Below, one piece after another: positions 54,594-64,000 of a stretch of DNA of 64,000 nucleotides; position 1 is the stretch's first letter; every line of letters starts with the position of its first letter. The notes beneath the pieces were generated by a model. The model had not been told where the DNA came from and ran no database searches. It was given only the letters and a program-made list of their open reading frames with translations. Source of the DNA: Candidatus Ozemobacteraceae bacterium (GTDB lineage Bacteria; Muiribacteriota; Ozemobacteria; Ozemobacterales; Ozemobacteraceae); contig OZ223236.1 in assembly GCA_965140445.1 (NCBI GenBank), positions 2,784,001-2,848,000 on the forward strand, given 5' to 3'. Position numbers and translations under genes: made by a program.

Positions 54594-54891
54594 TTACAAC
54601 TCTCCTTGCTTGCTCTTATTGCTCTATTAAATTTCAAAAACTAAATTTCACTCGTTACATGGCAATATAGGCACAAATTTTCTAGCGTCAATGGTGGTGA
54701 ATGTTTTTGTAAAAGGAAAAAAGTTGAATCTGCTAGATTTGCTGATGCTGATGAAGAAAGCATTTAATGAAAAAATGGATTTAAAAGGAAAATTCGAAGT
54801 TATTACCAAATGTAATAATTGTAAACATTATGCTTGCATAGTGGCTTAGCAATATGGCAAAAGCAATACAGGAAAAATCGCAAACTAAGTT

Positions 54892-56694
54892 TTATTCCTG
54901 AAAACCCTTTATCACAGCCAGAAAGACTTCACCGTATTTTTCGAATTTTTTATCACCGACTCCATGAATTTGCAACATGTCATTTTCGTCCTGGGGTAGG
55001 GTGGCAGCCATTTCAGCAAGTGATTTATCACTGAATACAACATAAGGTGGAACTTTGGCGTCTGATGCAATCTGCTTGCGCAAGGCGCGAAGGCTTTCGA
55101 AAAGATCCTGATTGTAGTCGATTTCACCGATAGCTTTTTTCTTCTTTTTGGCTTTAGTGCTTACAGTAGCTTTTATGCGTGGAACAGCCATGGTAAAACT
55201 GACTTCACCTTTCATTAATGGCCAACAATCTTTAGTAAGTTTTAAAGTTGAAAAACTGCCAAGATCCTGAATTAACAGACCTTGATGGATCAAATTTCTG
55301 TATACGCTGGCCCAGTAATCCTTGCCCATATTGGCTCCGATTCCATAGGTGGAAAGGTTCTGGTGTCCCAGCTGCATAATGCGTTCATTTTCTGAGCCAC
55401 GCAAAATGTCTATTAAATGGCCCATCCCAAATCTTTGCTCAACTCTATAAACGCAGGAAAGGGCTTTTCGCGCGTCTTCGGTAGCGTCGATCATTTCTGG
55501 GGGATTAAGGCAGTTGTCGCAGTTTCCGCAGTCCTCGGCAGTAGATTCACCAAAGTATTGCAACAGGATTCGCCTACGGCAGCTCTGAGCTTCCGCAAAT
55601 GCCACCATTGAATTGAGTTTGTGTGACTCAATTCTCTTTCTTTCAACATTAGGTGAGGTTTCAATCAAACCGCGAGCTACGGCAATATCACCGTAACCAA
55701 AAAGTAGCAGGGCTTCAGAATTCATGCCATCACGGCCGGCGCGACCTGTTTCCTGGTAGTAGCTTTCAATATTTTTGGGTATATCAAAATGAACTACATA
55801 GCGCACATTTGATTTGTCTATTCCCATGCCGAAAGCCACTGTAGCAACAACAATCATTATATTGTCGTTCAAGAAATCATCCTGGACTTGTTTACGTTTT
55901 GCTGCTGGCAAACCTGCGTGGTAGGCTTCTGCACTGTAACCAGCTTTTCTCAGCTTTTCGGCAACGTTTTCAACGCGCTTTCTGCTGAGACAATAGACTA
56001 TTCCGGCTTCATTTTTCTTTGTGTTTAAAAAGTTTTTAAGCTGATTAAATGGGGTAGCTTTATCAAGTATGGTGTATTTGATATTAGGTCTATCAAAGCT
56101 GGAAATAAAGACCTTTGCATCCTCAAGGCCGAGTCGGTCAAGAATATCTTTCTGGGTATGTGGTTCTGCAGTTGCGGTTAGCGCGATCATTGGGGTGTTG
56201 GGAAAATACTTGCGCAAGCGTCCTAATTTTATGTATTCGGGTCTGAAATCATGACCCCATTGAGAGACACAGTGGGCCTCATCAATGGCAAATAATGATA
56301 TGGGCACATCTGACAGACGGTTGATAAAATCTTCGTGCATCAGGCGTTCTGGTGCAATATACAGCAGATCCAGCTCTTCATTGTGCAGCATGGCCAAAAC
56401 TTTTCTCGCTTCAGTGCTTTTCAGTGTTGAATTGTAAAATTCAGCATTGATTCCACAGGCCTTTAAAGCATCTACCTGATCTTTCATTAACGATATCAAT
56501 GGAGATACGATTATTCCCACGCCCTTGCGGTGAAGAGCTGGGATCTGGTAGCAGAGAGATTTCCCGCCACCGGTTGGCATTAAAACAAAGGCATTGTCCC
56601 CTTTAATAAGGCCTTCAATGATTTCCTGCTGATGAGGCCTGAATTCCTGATAGCCAAAATAATGTTTTAGAGTTTCTAATGGGGTTTTTGTCAT
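54892..56694 (-). CDS. recQ: ATP-dependent DNA helicase RecQ
   Basis: [49 protein letters not shown], Zn site CRR...CGNCDNC, RQC and HRDC. Confidence 0.97.
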   Translation of the reverse strand: MTKTPLETLKHYFGYQEFRPHQQEIIEGLIKGDNAFVLMPTGGGKSLCYQIPALHRKGVGIIVSPLISLMKDQVDALKACGINAEFYNSTLKSTEARKVLAMLHNEELDLLYIAPERLMHEDFINRLSDVPISLFAIDEAHCVSQWGHDFRPEYIKLGRLRKYFPNTPMIALTATAEPHTQKDILDRLGLEDAKVFISSFDRPNIKYTILDKATPFNQLKNFLNTKKNEAGIVYCLSRKRVENVAEKLRKAGYSAEAYHAGLPAAKRKQVQDDFLNDNIMIVVATVAFGMGIDKSNVRYVVHFDIPKNIESYYQETGRAGRDGMNSEALLLFGYGDIAVARGLIETSPNVERKRIESHKLNSMVAFAEAQSCRRRILLQYFGESTAEDCGNCDNCLNPPEMIDATEDARKALSCVYRVEQRFGMGHLIDILRGSENERIMQLGHQNLSTYGIGANMGKDYWASVYRNLIHQGLLIQDLGSFSTLKLTKDCWPLMKGEVSFTMAVPRIKATVSTKAKKKKKAIGEIDYNQDLFESLRALRKQIASDAKVPPYVVFSDKSLAEMAATLPQDENDMLQIHGVGDKKFEKYGEVFLAVIKGFQE

Positions 56695-56850
56695 TTGTCT
56701 GCCTTTAAAATTTAACTGCGACTATTCTACAATCTAATACAGACCAAAATCCAATAATACTTAAGAACCTTATGAATAGCTGTATTGAAACTTAAGATTA
56801 GAAAGATCGGATATAGCTGAAACTTTCGCAGATACCTTTTTCCAAAATCG

Positions 56851-58065
56851 CTATTCAGGAATCTTGAAAAAGATGTCATCTCCAGACATTCCATCATCTA
56901 TCTGGTTTGGGCCTGCGCTATAAAAGATATCCTGTTCACCAGCCTTTTTAGTTAAAAGTTTCTGCTTTGTGAACGGGTCAGGAAATGTCTCTTTTGATCC
57001 AATAATAGATGCAAGGCTTTGCTTAATTATCTGTCTTTGAGCCATGTATTTGAAGTCAAACTCCAATTGCTCAAGGAAAGTCTCGTAGTTAATGCTGGCT
57101 GGGTAAAAATTAAAGATTCTATTTATAAATGTTTGATTATTATTTGTTTTGGGGGTAGGAAATTTTGTTTTAAATTGTTTAACCAAATTCGCCGTTGGAA
57201 CCTGATTGATTAGGTCAAAGAACTCGTAGTTGGAATTCAGATTAAAGAATTTGGAAAGAATTAAGGCTCCGAATGGCTCTTTTTCATGCAGGACTAATAA
57301 AGTCTTAGCTCTTGAGTTTTGCTCTTTAGCTAAGGATTGAGATAGTGAGATTTTTGTCAGATCAGAAAGTTTTAACTCCCTCAAAAGATTTGTACAATCC
57401 TTAAAGTTGAGCGTTTTATTGATATACAGCTCGTTTAACGCCAGATTAACCGAGTTATAAATCTTGAGTGAATCATTATGATTAATAACATTTTTATCTA
57501 ACAAATTTATTAAAGAGCATATCTTAAGAATCTGGGAAAGATCTTTCGCAATATCAAAATCTGGCTGGTTTAGTTTTTTATGGCATAAATATTCTGAAGA
57601 AAAAATTGAAAAATCCAGCATTCCGGTTAGCATTTGCGTTAATGAAATTTCAGGAGAACTTGTCGTGGAAAGCAAAACAGATTCCCAGGTCAGGCATCTA
57701 ATCTTTTTGAGCGAATTCTCTACTATTTCTTTTTGTTCCTCAGTTAAAGGAACCTTTTTATTAAAATAGCTGGTTTCTGCCCATTTCAAATTAGACAATA
57801 GCCAGTTTCCTTGTTTATTCATTTCGATGATAGCGATTTTGCAATCATCTTGAAGATTAGGAACTTTTTCAAAAAATGGCTTTGGATTTAGAGCGTCGAA
57901 TTCAATTTCGTTAAAATCTTTTATCATTAAAGACAGACAAATCTTTTCTGCCTTAAAAATGAAGTGCTTCATTGAAAAAAAAGATAAAAGCAAGAAAATA
58001 ACCAAAGGCACAAAGAGCTTTATAATTATTGAATTATTAAAAAAATATTTAGATTGCTTACTCAT
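56851..58065 (-). CDS. membrane-anchored helical hypothetical protein with a GspG-like C-terminal motif
   Basis: N-terminal TM; C-terminus PDPFTKQKL...FYSAGPNQIDDGMSGDDI; GAGG RBS. Confidence 0.7.
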   Translation of the reverse strand: MSKQSKYFFNNSIIIKLFVPLVIFLLLSFFSMKHFIFKAEKICLSLMIKDFNEIEFDALNPKPFFEKVPNLQDDCKIAIIEMNKQGNWLLSNLKWAETSYFNKKVPLTEEQKEIVENSLKKIRCLTWESVLLSTTSSPEISLTQMLTGMLDFSIFSSEYLCHKKLNQPDFDIAKDLSQILKICSLINLLDKNVINHNDSLKIYNSVNLALNELYINKTLNFKDCTNLLRELKLSDLTKISLSQSLAKEQNSRAKTLLVLHEKEPFGALILSKFFNLNSNYEFFDLINQVPTANLVKQFKTKFPTPKTNNNQTFINRIFNFYPASINYETFLEQLEFDFKYMAQRQIIKQSLASIIGSKETFPDPFTKQKLLTKKAGEQDIFYSAGPNQIDDGMSGDDIFFKIPE

Positions 58066-58484
58066 TACTTCCTCGGGAAATTAAATTTTGTAATTTGAAT
58101 GATTACGAAACAGTTGGTTTTTAAGGATGGCAAAAGAAAAAGTTTTCTCAATGAATACAATTTAAGTAATAGTAGCACGAATTTTATAGCAAAAGGTTGC
58201 TGTTTGGGAATAAAAAATAATTACGATTTAGGTAAATATTATCTAAATTTAATTGCCAGCAATTAGCTTAAACCACTTGTGAATGAATATACCATTACCG
58301 TAATTTTTGCAGGTAGATGAAGTTGCTTTTTGGAGACAATTTTTTGGGGGGACCTGTATTGTTAGTGGCAAAATTAGATGCGAAAAAATAGAGACAAAAG
58401 TATTTAATACAGATAAACTAAAGATTATAGAATAATTTTATGTGAGTTTGGCTGGGATCTATTAATTGGTGAGAGTATGATTTT

Positions 58485-61208
58485 ATGCTGTGCAGGATAA
58501 ATAGAAAGAAACCTTTCTTTATGAAGTTGAGGATTGAAAGGCTGTTTTTCGTACTGATTTTCTGGTTAACTCTATTTTCAATTCAAATTTGTTCAACACA
58601 GGGTTTTGCGGAAGAAAAAGAATCCAGAATTCTATTTATCAGCTCTTATCACCCATCTTTTCCAACATTTTTTAAACAGATTGATGGAATTAAATCTTCA
58701 CTAAACAAGCTTAAGATGGTCTTTGACGTAGAATTTATGGATTGCAAAAGGTTTGATACAGAAAAGAATATTGAGCTATTTCTTAATAGATTGACTTACA
58801 AACTAAAAAACTCAGCTCCATATGACATCGTTTTCCTTGGAGACGACAATGCACTTAAATTTGCACTGGAGAATCAGAAAGAGCTTTTTAAAGGTATTCC
58901 TCTAGTATTTTTGGGAGTAAATAATGTTGAGCTTGCTTTGGCTCAAAACCTGAACCCAATGGTTACTGGAGTAGTCGAAGCAGTTTCAATGAAAGAAACT
59001 TTCGAACTTATTTTGAAGCTTCATCCTGAAACTAAAAGTATTGTTGCAATTGTGGATTCTACTTTAAGTGGGACTGCTGATTTAAAGACCTTTTATAAAG
59101 AAGCAGGGAAATTTAACACCGTTAGATTTTCAGATCTTTCACTGGAGAAGCTCTCGTTTTTGGAGTTATCCTCTGCCTTGCCAAAAATGGAAAAGAATAC
59201 TGTGATTCTACTTTTGTCAGCATACTTTGATAAGGACGGAAAACCCTCGGATTTTTATGAAAGTCTTAAGCTTATTTCGACCAGCACTTCGGTTCCGATC
59301 TACCATCTCTGGGAGCATGGTGTAGGCGATGGCATCCTTGGAGGCAAAGTCACATATCATTATTTGCAAGGGCGGGCTGCAGGGAAAATTGCTTTTGATA
59401 TTTTAAAAGGAAAACCCATAAGTGATATTGGGGTAAATACAGAGAGCCCAAATCAGTTTTTGTTTGACTTCAATCAACTAAAACGGTTTAACATTAATCT
59501 TGATAAATTGCCTGAATCCAGCAAAATTGTTAACCAGCCTCCTACATTTTACTCGATTAATAAAAGAACCATTCATAGGGCAATTTTTGCTATTTTACTT
59601 CTTTCAATAGCTTCAGCATTTCTTCTCTGGAGTCTTTTAAAGATAAAAAATACTGAAAAGAGATTGAGAGAAAACGAAAGTTTTCTTCACAATATTGTGG
59701 AAAATATTCCTTCAATGATCTTTGTAAAAGACGCAAATAATCTTAAGCTTGTGAGAGTAAATAAAACAGGGGAAGAATTGCTGGGGATAGATAGAGAAAA
59801 CTTGATTGGGAAAAGCGATTTTGATCTTTTCCCGCCTGAACAGGCAAAGTTTTTTGCAAAAATGGATCATCTTGTTGTGGAGGGAAAGACCCTTATAGAT
59901 ATCCCAGAAGAGGAAATCCAGACCAGAAATTCAGGAAAAAGGATTTTACATACCAAAAAATTACCTGTTTTTAGTGAAAATGGTGAGCCAGTGTATTTAT
60001 TAGGGATTTCCGAGGATATCACTGAGACAAAACAAGATCAAAAAAATCGTCTGCTGCTAGAAGCTCAGTTGTGGCAAGCACAAAAGATGCAGGCAGTTGG
60101 TAATCTGGCTGGTGGAATCGCCCATGATTTTAACAATATTCTGACTGCTATTCTAGGTTATGGAGAAATGGTTCTAGATGATTTAGAACCTGAAAGTGAT
60201 CTCTGGGAAAAGCAAAAAGAAGTTATAATGGGTGCTAAAAGAGCTAAGGGGCTGGTTAGACAGATATTGTCCTTTAGTCGCCAGGAAAAAAGTGAAAAGA
60301 AGGAATTGAATCTTCACGTTATAGTTGAAGAAGCTTTAAAGCTTATGCGAGCTTCTATCCCCACTACTATAGATGTTGTTAAAAAATTGAGTGAAGAAGA
60401 AAGCTATATTTTTGCAGATCCTACTCAAATTCATCAAGTTGTTATGAATATTTGTACCAATGCTTATCATTCGATGAAACAACAGGGTGGTACAATAACT
60501 GTTGAGTTAAAACCAAATCAAATGATCCCTGCTGACTTAAATTTAGAAATTGATAACCCAGAGAAACAGAAGTTTGTCATTTTGAAAATTCAAGATACTG
60601 GATGTGGGTTTGATGACGAACTTAAAGAAAGAATTTTTGAACCATATTTTTCAACAAAAGAAAAGGGCGAGGGAACGGGTATTGGCCTGGCAGTAGTGCA
60701 CAGTATTGTTTGTGATTGTGGCGGGAAAATTGTGGCAGATTCACAAAAGAATGTTGGAAGCACTTTTAGCATTTTCTTTCCTCAGATAGAGCCAAAGAGT
60801 GTTGTAAAACCAAATGATTATAAAGATGGTTTACCAACCGGAAAAGAAAAAATCCTGGTAGTAGATGATGAAGAGCATATTGTAAAGCTTCTAAAACATT
60901 TATTGGAGAATCTTGGTTACACTGTTACAACAGCAAGTGGGGCAGAGGAGGCTTTGGTTTTGTTCAAATCCAGCCCGGAATCATTTGATCTAATTTTAAC
61001 AGATATGACAATGCCAAATTTAACCGGAGCTGAATTATCTAAAAGGGTTTTGGAAATAAGCCCTGAAACACCAATAATAATGTGTACTGGCTATAGCGAT
61101 ATAATTGACAGAGATAAAGCTCTTGAAATAGGAATAAAGGAGTTTATCTTAAAACCCTTTACCTGTTCTGAATTATCCAAGATTATCAGAAAGGTTCTGG
61201 ATAGCTGA
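58485..61208 (+). CDS. hybrid sensor histidine kinase (ABC-substrate-binding-like sensor, TM, PAS, HisKA, HATPase, REC)
   Basis: LAGGIAHDFNNIL, QVVMNICTNA, DTGCG, FEPYFSTK, GTGIGL, VVDDE, TDMTMP, KP. Confidence 0.95.
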   Translation: MLCRINRKKPFFMKLRIERLFFVLIFWLTLFSIQICSTQGFAEEKESRILFISSYHPSFPTFFKQIDGIKSSLNKLKMVFDVEFMDCKRFDTEKNIELFLNRLTYKLKNSAPYDIVFLGDDNALKFALENQKELFKGIPLVFLGVNNVELALAQNLNPMVTGVVEAVSMKETFELILKLHPETKSIVAIVDSTLSGTADLKTFYKEAGKFNTVRFSDLSLEKLSFLELSSALPKMEKNTVILLLSAYFDKDGKPSDFYESLKLISTSTSVPIYHLWEHGVGDGILGGKVTYHYLQGRAAGKIAFDILKGKPISDIGVNTESPNQFLFDFNQLKRFNINLDKLPESSKIVNQPPTFYSINKRTIHRAIFAILLLSIASAFLLWSLLKIKNTEKRLRENESFLHNIVENIPSMIFVKDANNLKLVRVNKTGEELLGIDRENLIGKSDFDLFPPEQAKFFAKMDHLVVEGKTLIDIPEEEIQTRNSGKRILHTKKLPVFSENGEPVYLLGISEDITETKQDQKNRLLLEAQLWQAQKMQAVGNLAGGIAHDFNNILTAILGYGEMVLDDLEPESDLWEKQKEVIMGAKRAKGLVRQILSFSRQEKSEKKELNLHVIVEEALKLMRASIPTTIDVVKKLSEEESYIFADPTQIHQVVMNICTNAYHSMKQQGGTITVELKPNQMIPADLNLEIDNPEKQKFVILKIQDTGCGFDDELKERIFEPYFSTKEKGEGTGIGLAVVHSIVCDCGGKIVADSQKNVGSTFSIFFPQIEPKSVVKPNDYKDGLPTGKEKILVVDDEEHIVKLLKHLLENLGYTVTTASGAEEALVLFKSSPESFDLILTDMTMPNLTGAELSKRVLEISPETPIIMCTGYSDIIDRDKALEIGIKEFILKPFTCSELSKIIRKVLDS

Positions 61209-61214
61209 AAAAAA

Positions 61215-62012
61215 TTAATCCGGGCTTTTCCAGTCGGGGTCACGGTGACTTTTGTTTCTCACGTATTTCTTCATAAAGCCGCGAAGATTAGAAAACATTC
61301 CCATCAAAATATTTACTTCTCTTTTTAGAGGTTTTGATCGGTGAAAGAAAATTCTGATTACCTGAAATAAGGCATCTGGATTAACTAATGGCAAGAATTC
61401 ACACATGGATAAAACATTGCCCATGTGAGCATAAAGTCTGCTAAGGTCATCAACTGTTGCTGGAAGCTCATAATCATCATCTTCATGAGGATTAGGCAAG
61501 TCAACCATGGTTCCAAAGTTTTGATAAAGTTCGTAAGCAATTAGAAGAACTGCTTGAGAAAGGTTCAAGCTGGTGTTCTCAGGGTCTGTCATGACCCGCA
61601 TTGTTCCCTGAGCATACTGGAGGTCGTCTTTAGTAAGGCCCCATTCTTCACGGCCAAACATGATAGTTACAGGACCATGCTGAAGAACTTCTTTAATTCT
61701 TTTCATGCCTTCCTGGACAGTGTAGTGTGGTTCGTGATAATCACCTTTTCTATTAGCAGTACCAAGAACCAGAACACTTCCTTCTATAGCTTCGGGAATG
61801 GTTTCTACTACCTTGGTAGCCTCGAGGATATCTCTGGCATGCATGGCCATTTTTACGGCGTCTAAGTCCAATTTACAACCTGGTCGAACAACAGTAAGGT
61901 CATTCAAACCAAAATTCTTCATTGCTCTACAGGCAGCACCCACATTCAAAGCGCCTTGTGGTTCAACTAAAACAATTCTTACCTTATCTAAAATCGGACT
62001 GGTTTCTGACAA
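61215..62012 (-). CDS. trmJ: TrmJ/LasT-family SPOUT RNA methyltransferase
   Basis: VLVEPQGALNVGAACRAMKNFG, FGREEWGL, SLNLSQAV. Confidence 0.85.
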   Translation of the reverse strand: MSETSPILDKVRIVLVEPQGALNVGAACRAMKNFGLNDLTVVRPGCKLDLDAVKMAMHARDILEATKVVETIPEAIEGSVLVLGTANRKGDYHEPHYTVQEGMKRIKEVLQHGPVTIMFGREEWGLTKDDLQYAQGTMRVMTDPENTSLNLSQAVLLIAYELYQNFGTMVDLPNPHEDDDYELPATVDDLSRLYAHMGNVLSMCEFLPLVNPDALFQVIRIFFHRSKPLKREVNILMGMFSNLRGFMKKYVRNKSHRDPDWKSPD

Positions 62013-62043
62013 TTCTAAACTCCGTAATTCTGGAATAAAAAAA

Positions 62044-62118
62044 TAGGCTCGAGCGGACTTGAACCGCTGACCCCCACGATGTCAACGTGGTGCTCTAACC
62101 AAACTGAGCTACGAGCCT
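62044..62118 (-). tRNA. tRNA-Val(GAC), CCA not encoded
   Basis: Reverse complement AGGCTCGTAGCTCAGTTTGGTTAGAGCACCACGTT-GAC-ATCGTGGGGGTCAGCGGTTCAAGTCCGCTCGAGCCTA folds as a cloverleaf and is followed by a T run instead of CCA. Confidence 0.96.
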
Positions 62119-62131
62119 TTGCGTGAATCGA

Positions 62132-62160
62132 ATATTAACATTGAGACCTTTTTTTGTCAA
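62132..62160 (-). promoter_or_regulatory. sigma70 promoter of tRNA-Val (and possibly trmJ)
   Basis: Minus strand TTGACA-N17-TAATAT with extended -10 TG, 13 nt upstream of the tRNA. Confidence 0.75.
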
Positions 62161-62225
62161 TACAGTTTTTAATCTTGCCTGATATCTTTAAATCCGTTAT
62201 CCTAACAGCCCTTAAGAGGTGCGTA

Positions 62226-63251
62226 ATGGAAAAAAATACTGAAAAAAATGCAATGCCTGCAAAGCTTCTGATTATATGCTTGGTAGTGGTGATTTTGCTT
62301 GTTCTGCGCATAAAATTCGCTCAGAATACTTCGGACTTCGTGAAGAGATCTGAAATCATGATGGACACATATGTGACCATAAAAGTTCAACAGTGCAATG
62401 GTGATCTTGAAGCAATTGAAAAAGCTTTTCAAACATTTACTAAAGTTGAGGAAATGGCGTCTTTTCATGCGGCCACCTCAACTTTAAGTCTTATAAATAA
62501 ATATTCTCCTGTAGTTGTATCAGCTTCATTCTCTGAAATTATAGAAGCTGCTTACCAGGCAAATTCAATTTCTGAGGGCTATTTTGATCCTACCTTTTCT
62601 TTGATTCAGCGAGCCTATGGATTTTATTCAGGGGTAGGGGCTGTTCCAACTGATATTGAGCTGGAAAAATTAAAAGAAAAGATTGGTTTTTCAAAAATGT
62701 TGAAACAAGTTGGTGAAAATACTTATCTTCTTGCATCAGGAAGTTTAATTGATTTTGGTGGTATTGCTGGCGGATATGCAGTGGCACAGGCTGCTCAAAC
62801 ATTGCGAGCGGCTTCCTGTAGCGTTTTCTTTGTGGATGATGGAGGAGACATTTGGGTTGAGGGCAAAAAATCTAATGGTCAGCCATGGAGAATCGCTGTG
62901 AGAGACCCTAGAACAAATGATTCACTTGGAATGTTTGAAACATTTGAGCCTGCAGCTATTTCGACTTCAGGCGATTATGAAAGATTTGTTGAGGTTGATG
63001 GAAAAAGATATGGTCATATTTTGAATCCTACAACCGGAAGGCCTGCAGATTATTATCGATCGGTAACCGTTGTTGCGACTCATCCAGTATTGGCTGACAT
63101 CTACAGCACCACCATCTTTGCTATGGAACCCGAAAAAGCTGAAGTATGGGCAGATGAGATGAAGATTCCATATTTGATTTTAACTTCATCAAATGAAATT
63201 TTGATCAATGAAGAGGGTAAAAAAGTTTTTAAAAATGTCAAAACTTTCTGA
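62226..63251 (+). CDS. apbE: FAD:protein FMN transferase
   Basis: MMDT, YFDPT, DFGGIAGGYA, GGDI, W.IAVRDP, STSGDYER, HILNPTTG, ADIYST; start moved to ATG 62226. Confidence 0.92.
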   Translation: MEKNTEKNAMPAKLLIICLVVVILLVLRIKFAQNTSDFVKRSEIMMDTYVTIKVQQCNGDLEAIEKAFQTFTKVEEMASFHAATSTLSLINKYSPVVVSASFSEIIEAAYQANSISEGYFDPTFSLIQRAYGFYSGVGAVPTDIELEKLKEKIGFSKMLKQVGENTYLLASGSLIDFGGIAGGYAVAQAAQTLRAASCSVFFVDDGGDIWVEGKKSNGQPWRIAVRDPRTNDSLGMFETFEPAAISTSGDYERFVEVDGKRYGHILNPTTGRPADYYRSVTVVATHPVLADIYSTTIFAMEPEKAEVWADEMKIPYLILTSSNEILINEEGKKVFKNVKTF

Positions 63252-63633
63252 AAAATACACAGAAAATCTTTTCAATAGTTTTGATAAGGTTTTTATCGTT
63301 TTCCTACTTGTAATTTCAGTTATTTTAACCCTGTTACGTTTTTCTGGTAGTGATGGTGATTTAAAATACGTCATTCGTTCAAAACAGCCTGAATTTAAAA
63401 AGATTCTGTTTAAACCCTCCAAAAATCCTCTTCTGGTAAAAGGCAAGTTGGGAACAACAGTTGTGGAATGGGATTTAAAAGGTCGGGTAAGAATCAAATC
63501 GTCACCCTGTCCTTTTAAAACCTGTGTTTCAATGGGGTGGGTGCATGGTAACTCTTCAATTGTATGCGTGCCAAATGGAGTTATTGTCGAAACTCAGCAT
63601 TCCACAGAAGAAATTGATGGAGTTGCAAGGTGA
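63235..63633 (+). CDS. NusG domain II-containing membrane protein (DUF1312/Lin0431-like)
   Basis: N-terminal TM; VRIKSSPCPFKTCVSMGW...IVCVPN. Confidence 0.85.
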   Translation: MSKLSEKYTENLFNSFDKVFIVFLLVISVILTLLRFSGSDGDLKYVIRSKQPEFKKILFKPSKNPLLVKGKLGTTVVEWDLKGRVRIKSSPCPFKTCVSMGWVHGNSSIVCVPNGVIVETQHSTEEIDGVAR

Positions 63634-64000
63634 TAAATTTTTATTCTGACTCCAAAAAATCCAAGCTCGAAAAGCTTGTTACTACCGCAATATTGCTTGC
63701 GGCGGCAAGTGCAATACAGATTGTAGAATCACCTCTTCCAAGGATTTTACCATGGTTAAAGCCGGGACTGGCCAATTCCCTGGTGCTTTATGCAATGCTA
63801 AGAGTTAATCCTGCATCTGGTTTCTTTATTGCTTTCCTCAGATCTTTTTTATCAGGGATTTTTCTTGGTACACTTTTCTCTCCGGTGCATCTGATTGCTT
63901 TTAGCGGAAGTTTTTTTTCATCAATAATTATGTATTTATTGGTAAGATTCCTTCCTGGAGCAGGTATTAGTTCTATAAGTATTTCTGGTGCTCTTGCAAG
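63630..64000 (+). CDS. Gx transporter / 'heptaprenyl diphosphate synthase component I' family membrane protein, truncated by the window edge
   Basis: Manual translation from GTG 63630 (GTGA overlap): ...AIQIVESPLPRILPWLKPGLANS...LRSFLSGIFLGTLFSP; expected neighbour of NusG_II. Confidence 0.85.
   Translation, partial: MINFYSDSKKSKLEKLVTTAILLAAASAIQIVESPLPRILPWLKPGLANSLVLYAMLRVNPASGFFIAFLRSFLSGIFLGTLFSPVHLIAFSGSFFSSIIMYLLVRFLPGAGISSISISGALA

Noticed and set aside
54691..54849. 52-codon + strand ORF ending in CNNCKHYAC
   Set aside because: No RBS, lies in the upstream region of a divergent gene, and is short enough to be chance; needs Ribo-seq or homologues.
58066..58484. 419-nt intergenic region as ncRNA; imperfect palindrome ATTTAGGTAAATATTATCTAAAT near 58226
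   Set aside because: AT-rich divergent promoter region with no stable structure seen; the palindrome is weak for this composition.
62044..62118. tRNA as integration site of a genomic island
   Set aside because: No integrase and no duplicated tRNA 3' end seen; the flanks are housekeeping genes.

Overview
AT-rich bacterial chromosomal segment, probably from a diderm (it encodes a beta-barrel-like protein and a CpoB/BamD-like TPR protein); the taxon cannot be fixed from sequence alone. It holds about 47 CDS (two running off the window edges and absent from the ORF track), one tRNA-Val(GAC), several intrinsic terminators and some promoters. I saw no CRISPR array, integrase or transposase. Housekeeping genes include trpS-scpA-scpB, M16 and M24 peptidases, recQ, a TrmJ-like methylase, an RluA-family synthase, ldhA, apbE-NusG_II-Gx and two secreted GH13 starch enzymes. 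Best candidate for an undescribed system: a 14 kb minus-strand cluster (9270-23453) of orphan ParB, MBL-fold hydrolase, a 1220-aa protein with a degenerate ParA/MinD domain, a 1336-aa orphan, a PP2C phosphatase, a coiled-coil protein and a 20-repeat TPR protein. It is divergent from a run containing an apparently inactivated DNA adenine methyltransferase and scpAB. Also notable: two tandem membrane class III cyclases with complementary loss of catalytic residues (C1-like and C2-like), a degenerate SLH/stalk protein behind a sigma28-like promoter, GspG-like domains on multi-TM anchors, and a poly-A tract in a putative promoter spacer. All family calls come from motif recognition by eye; no searches were run.
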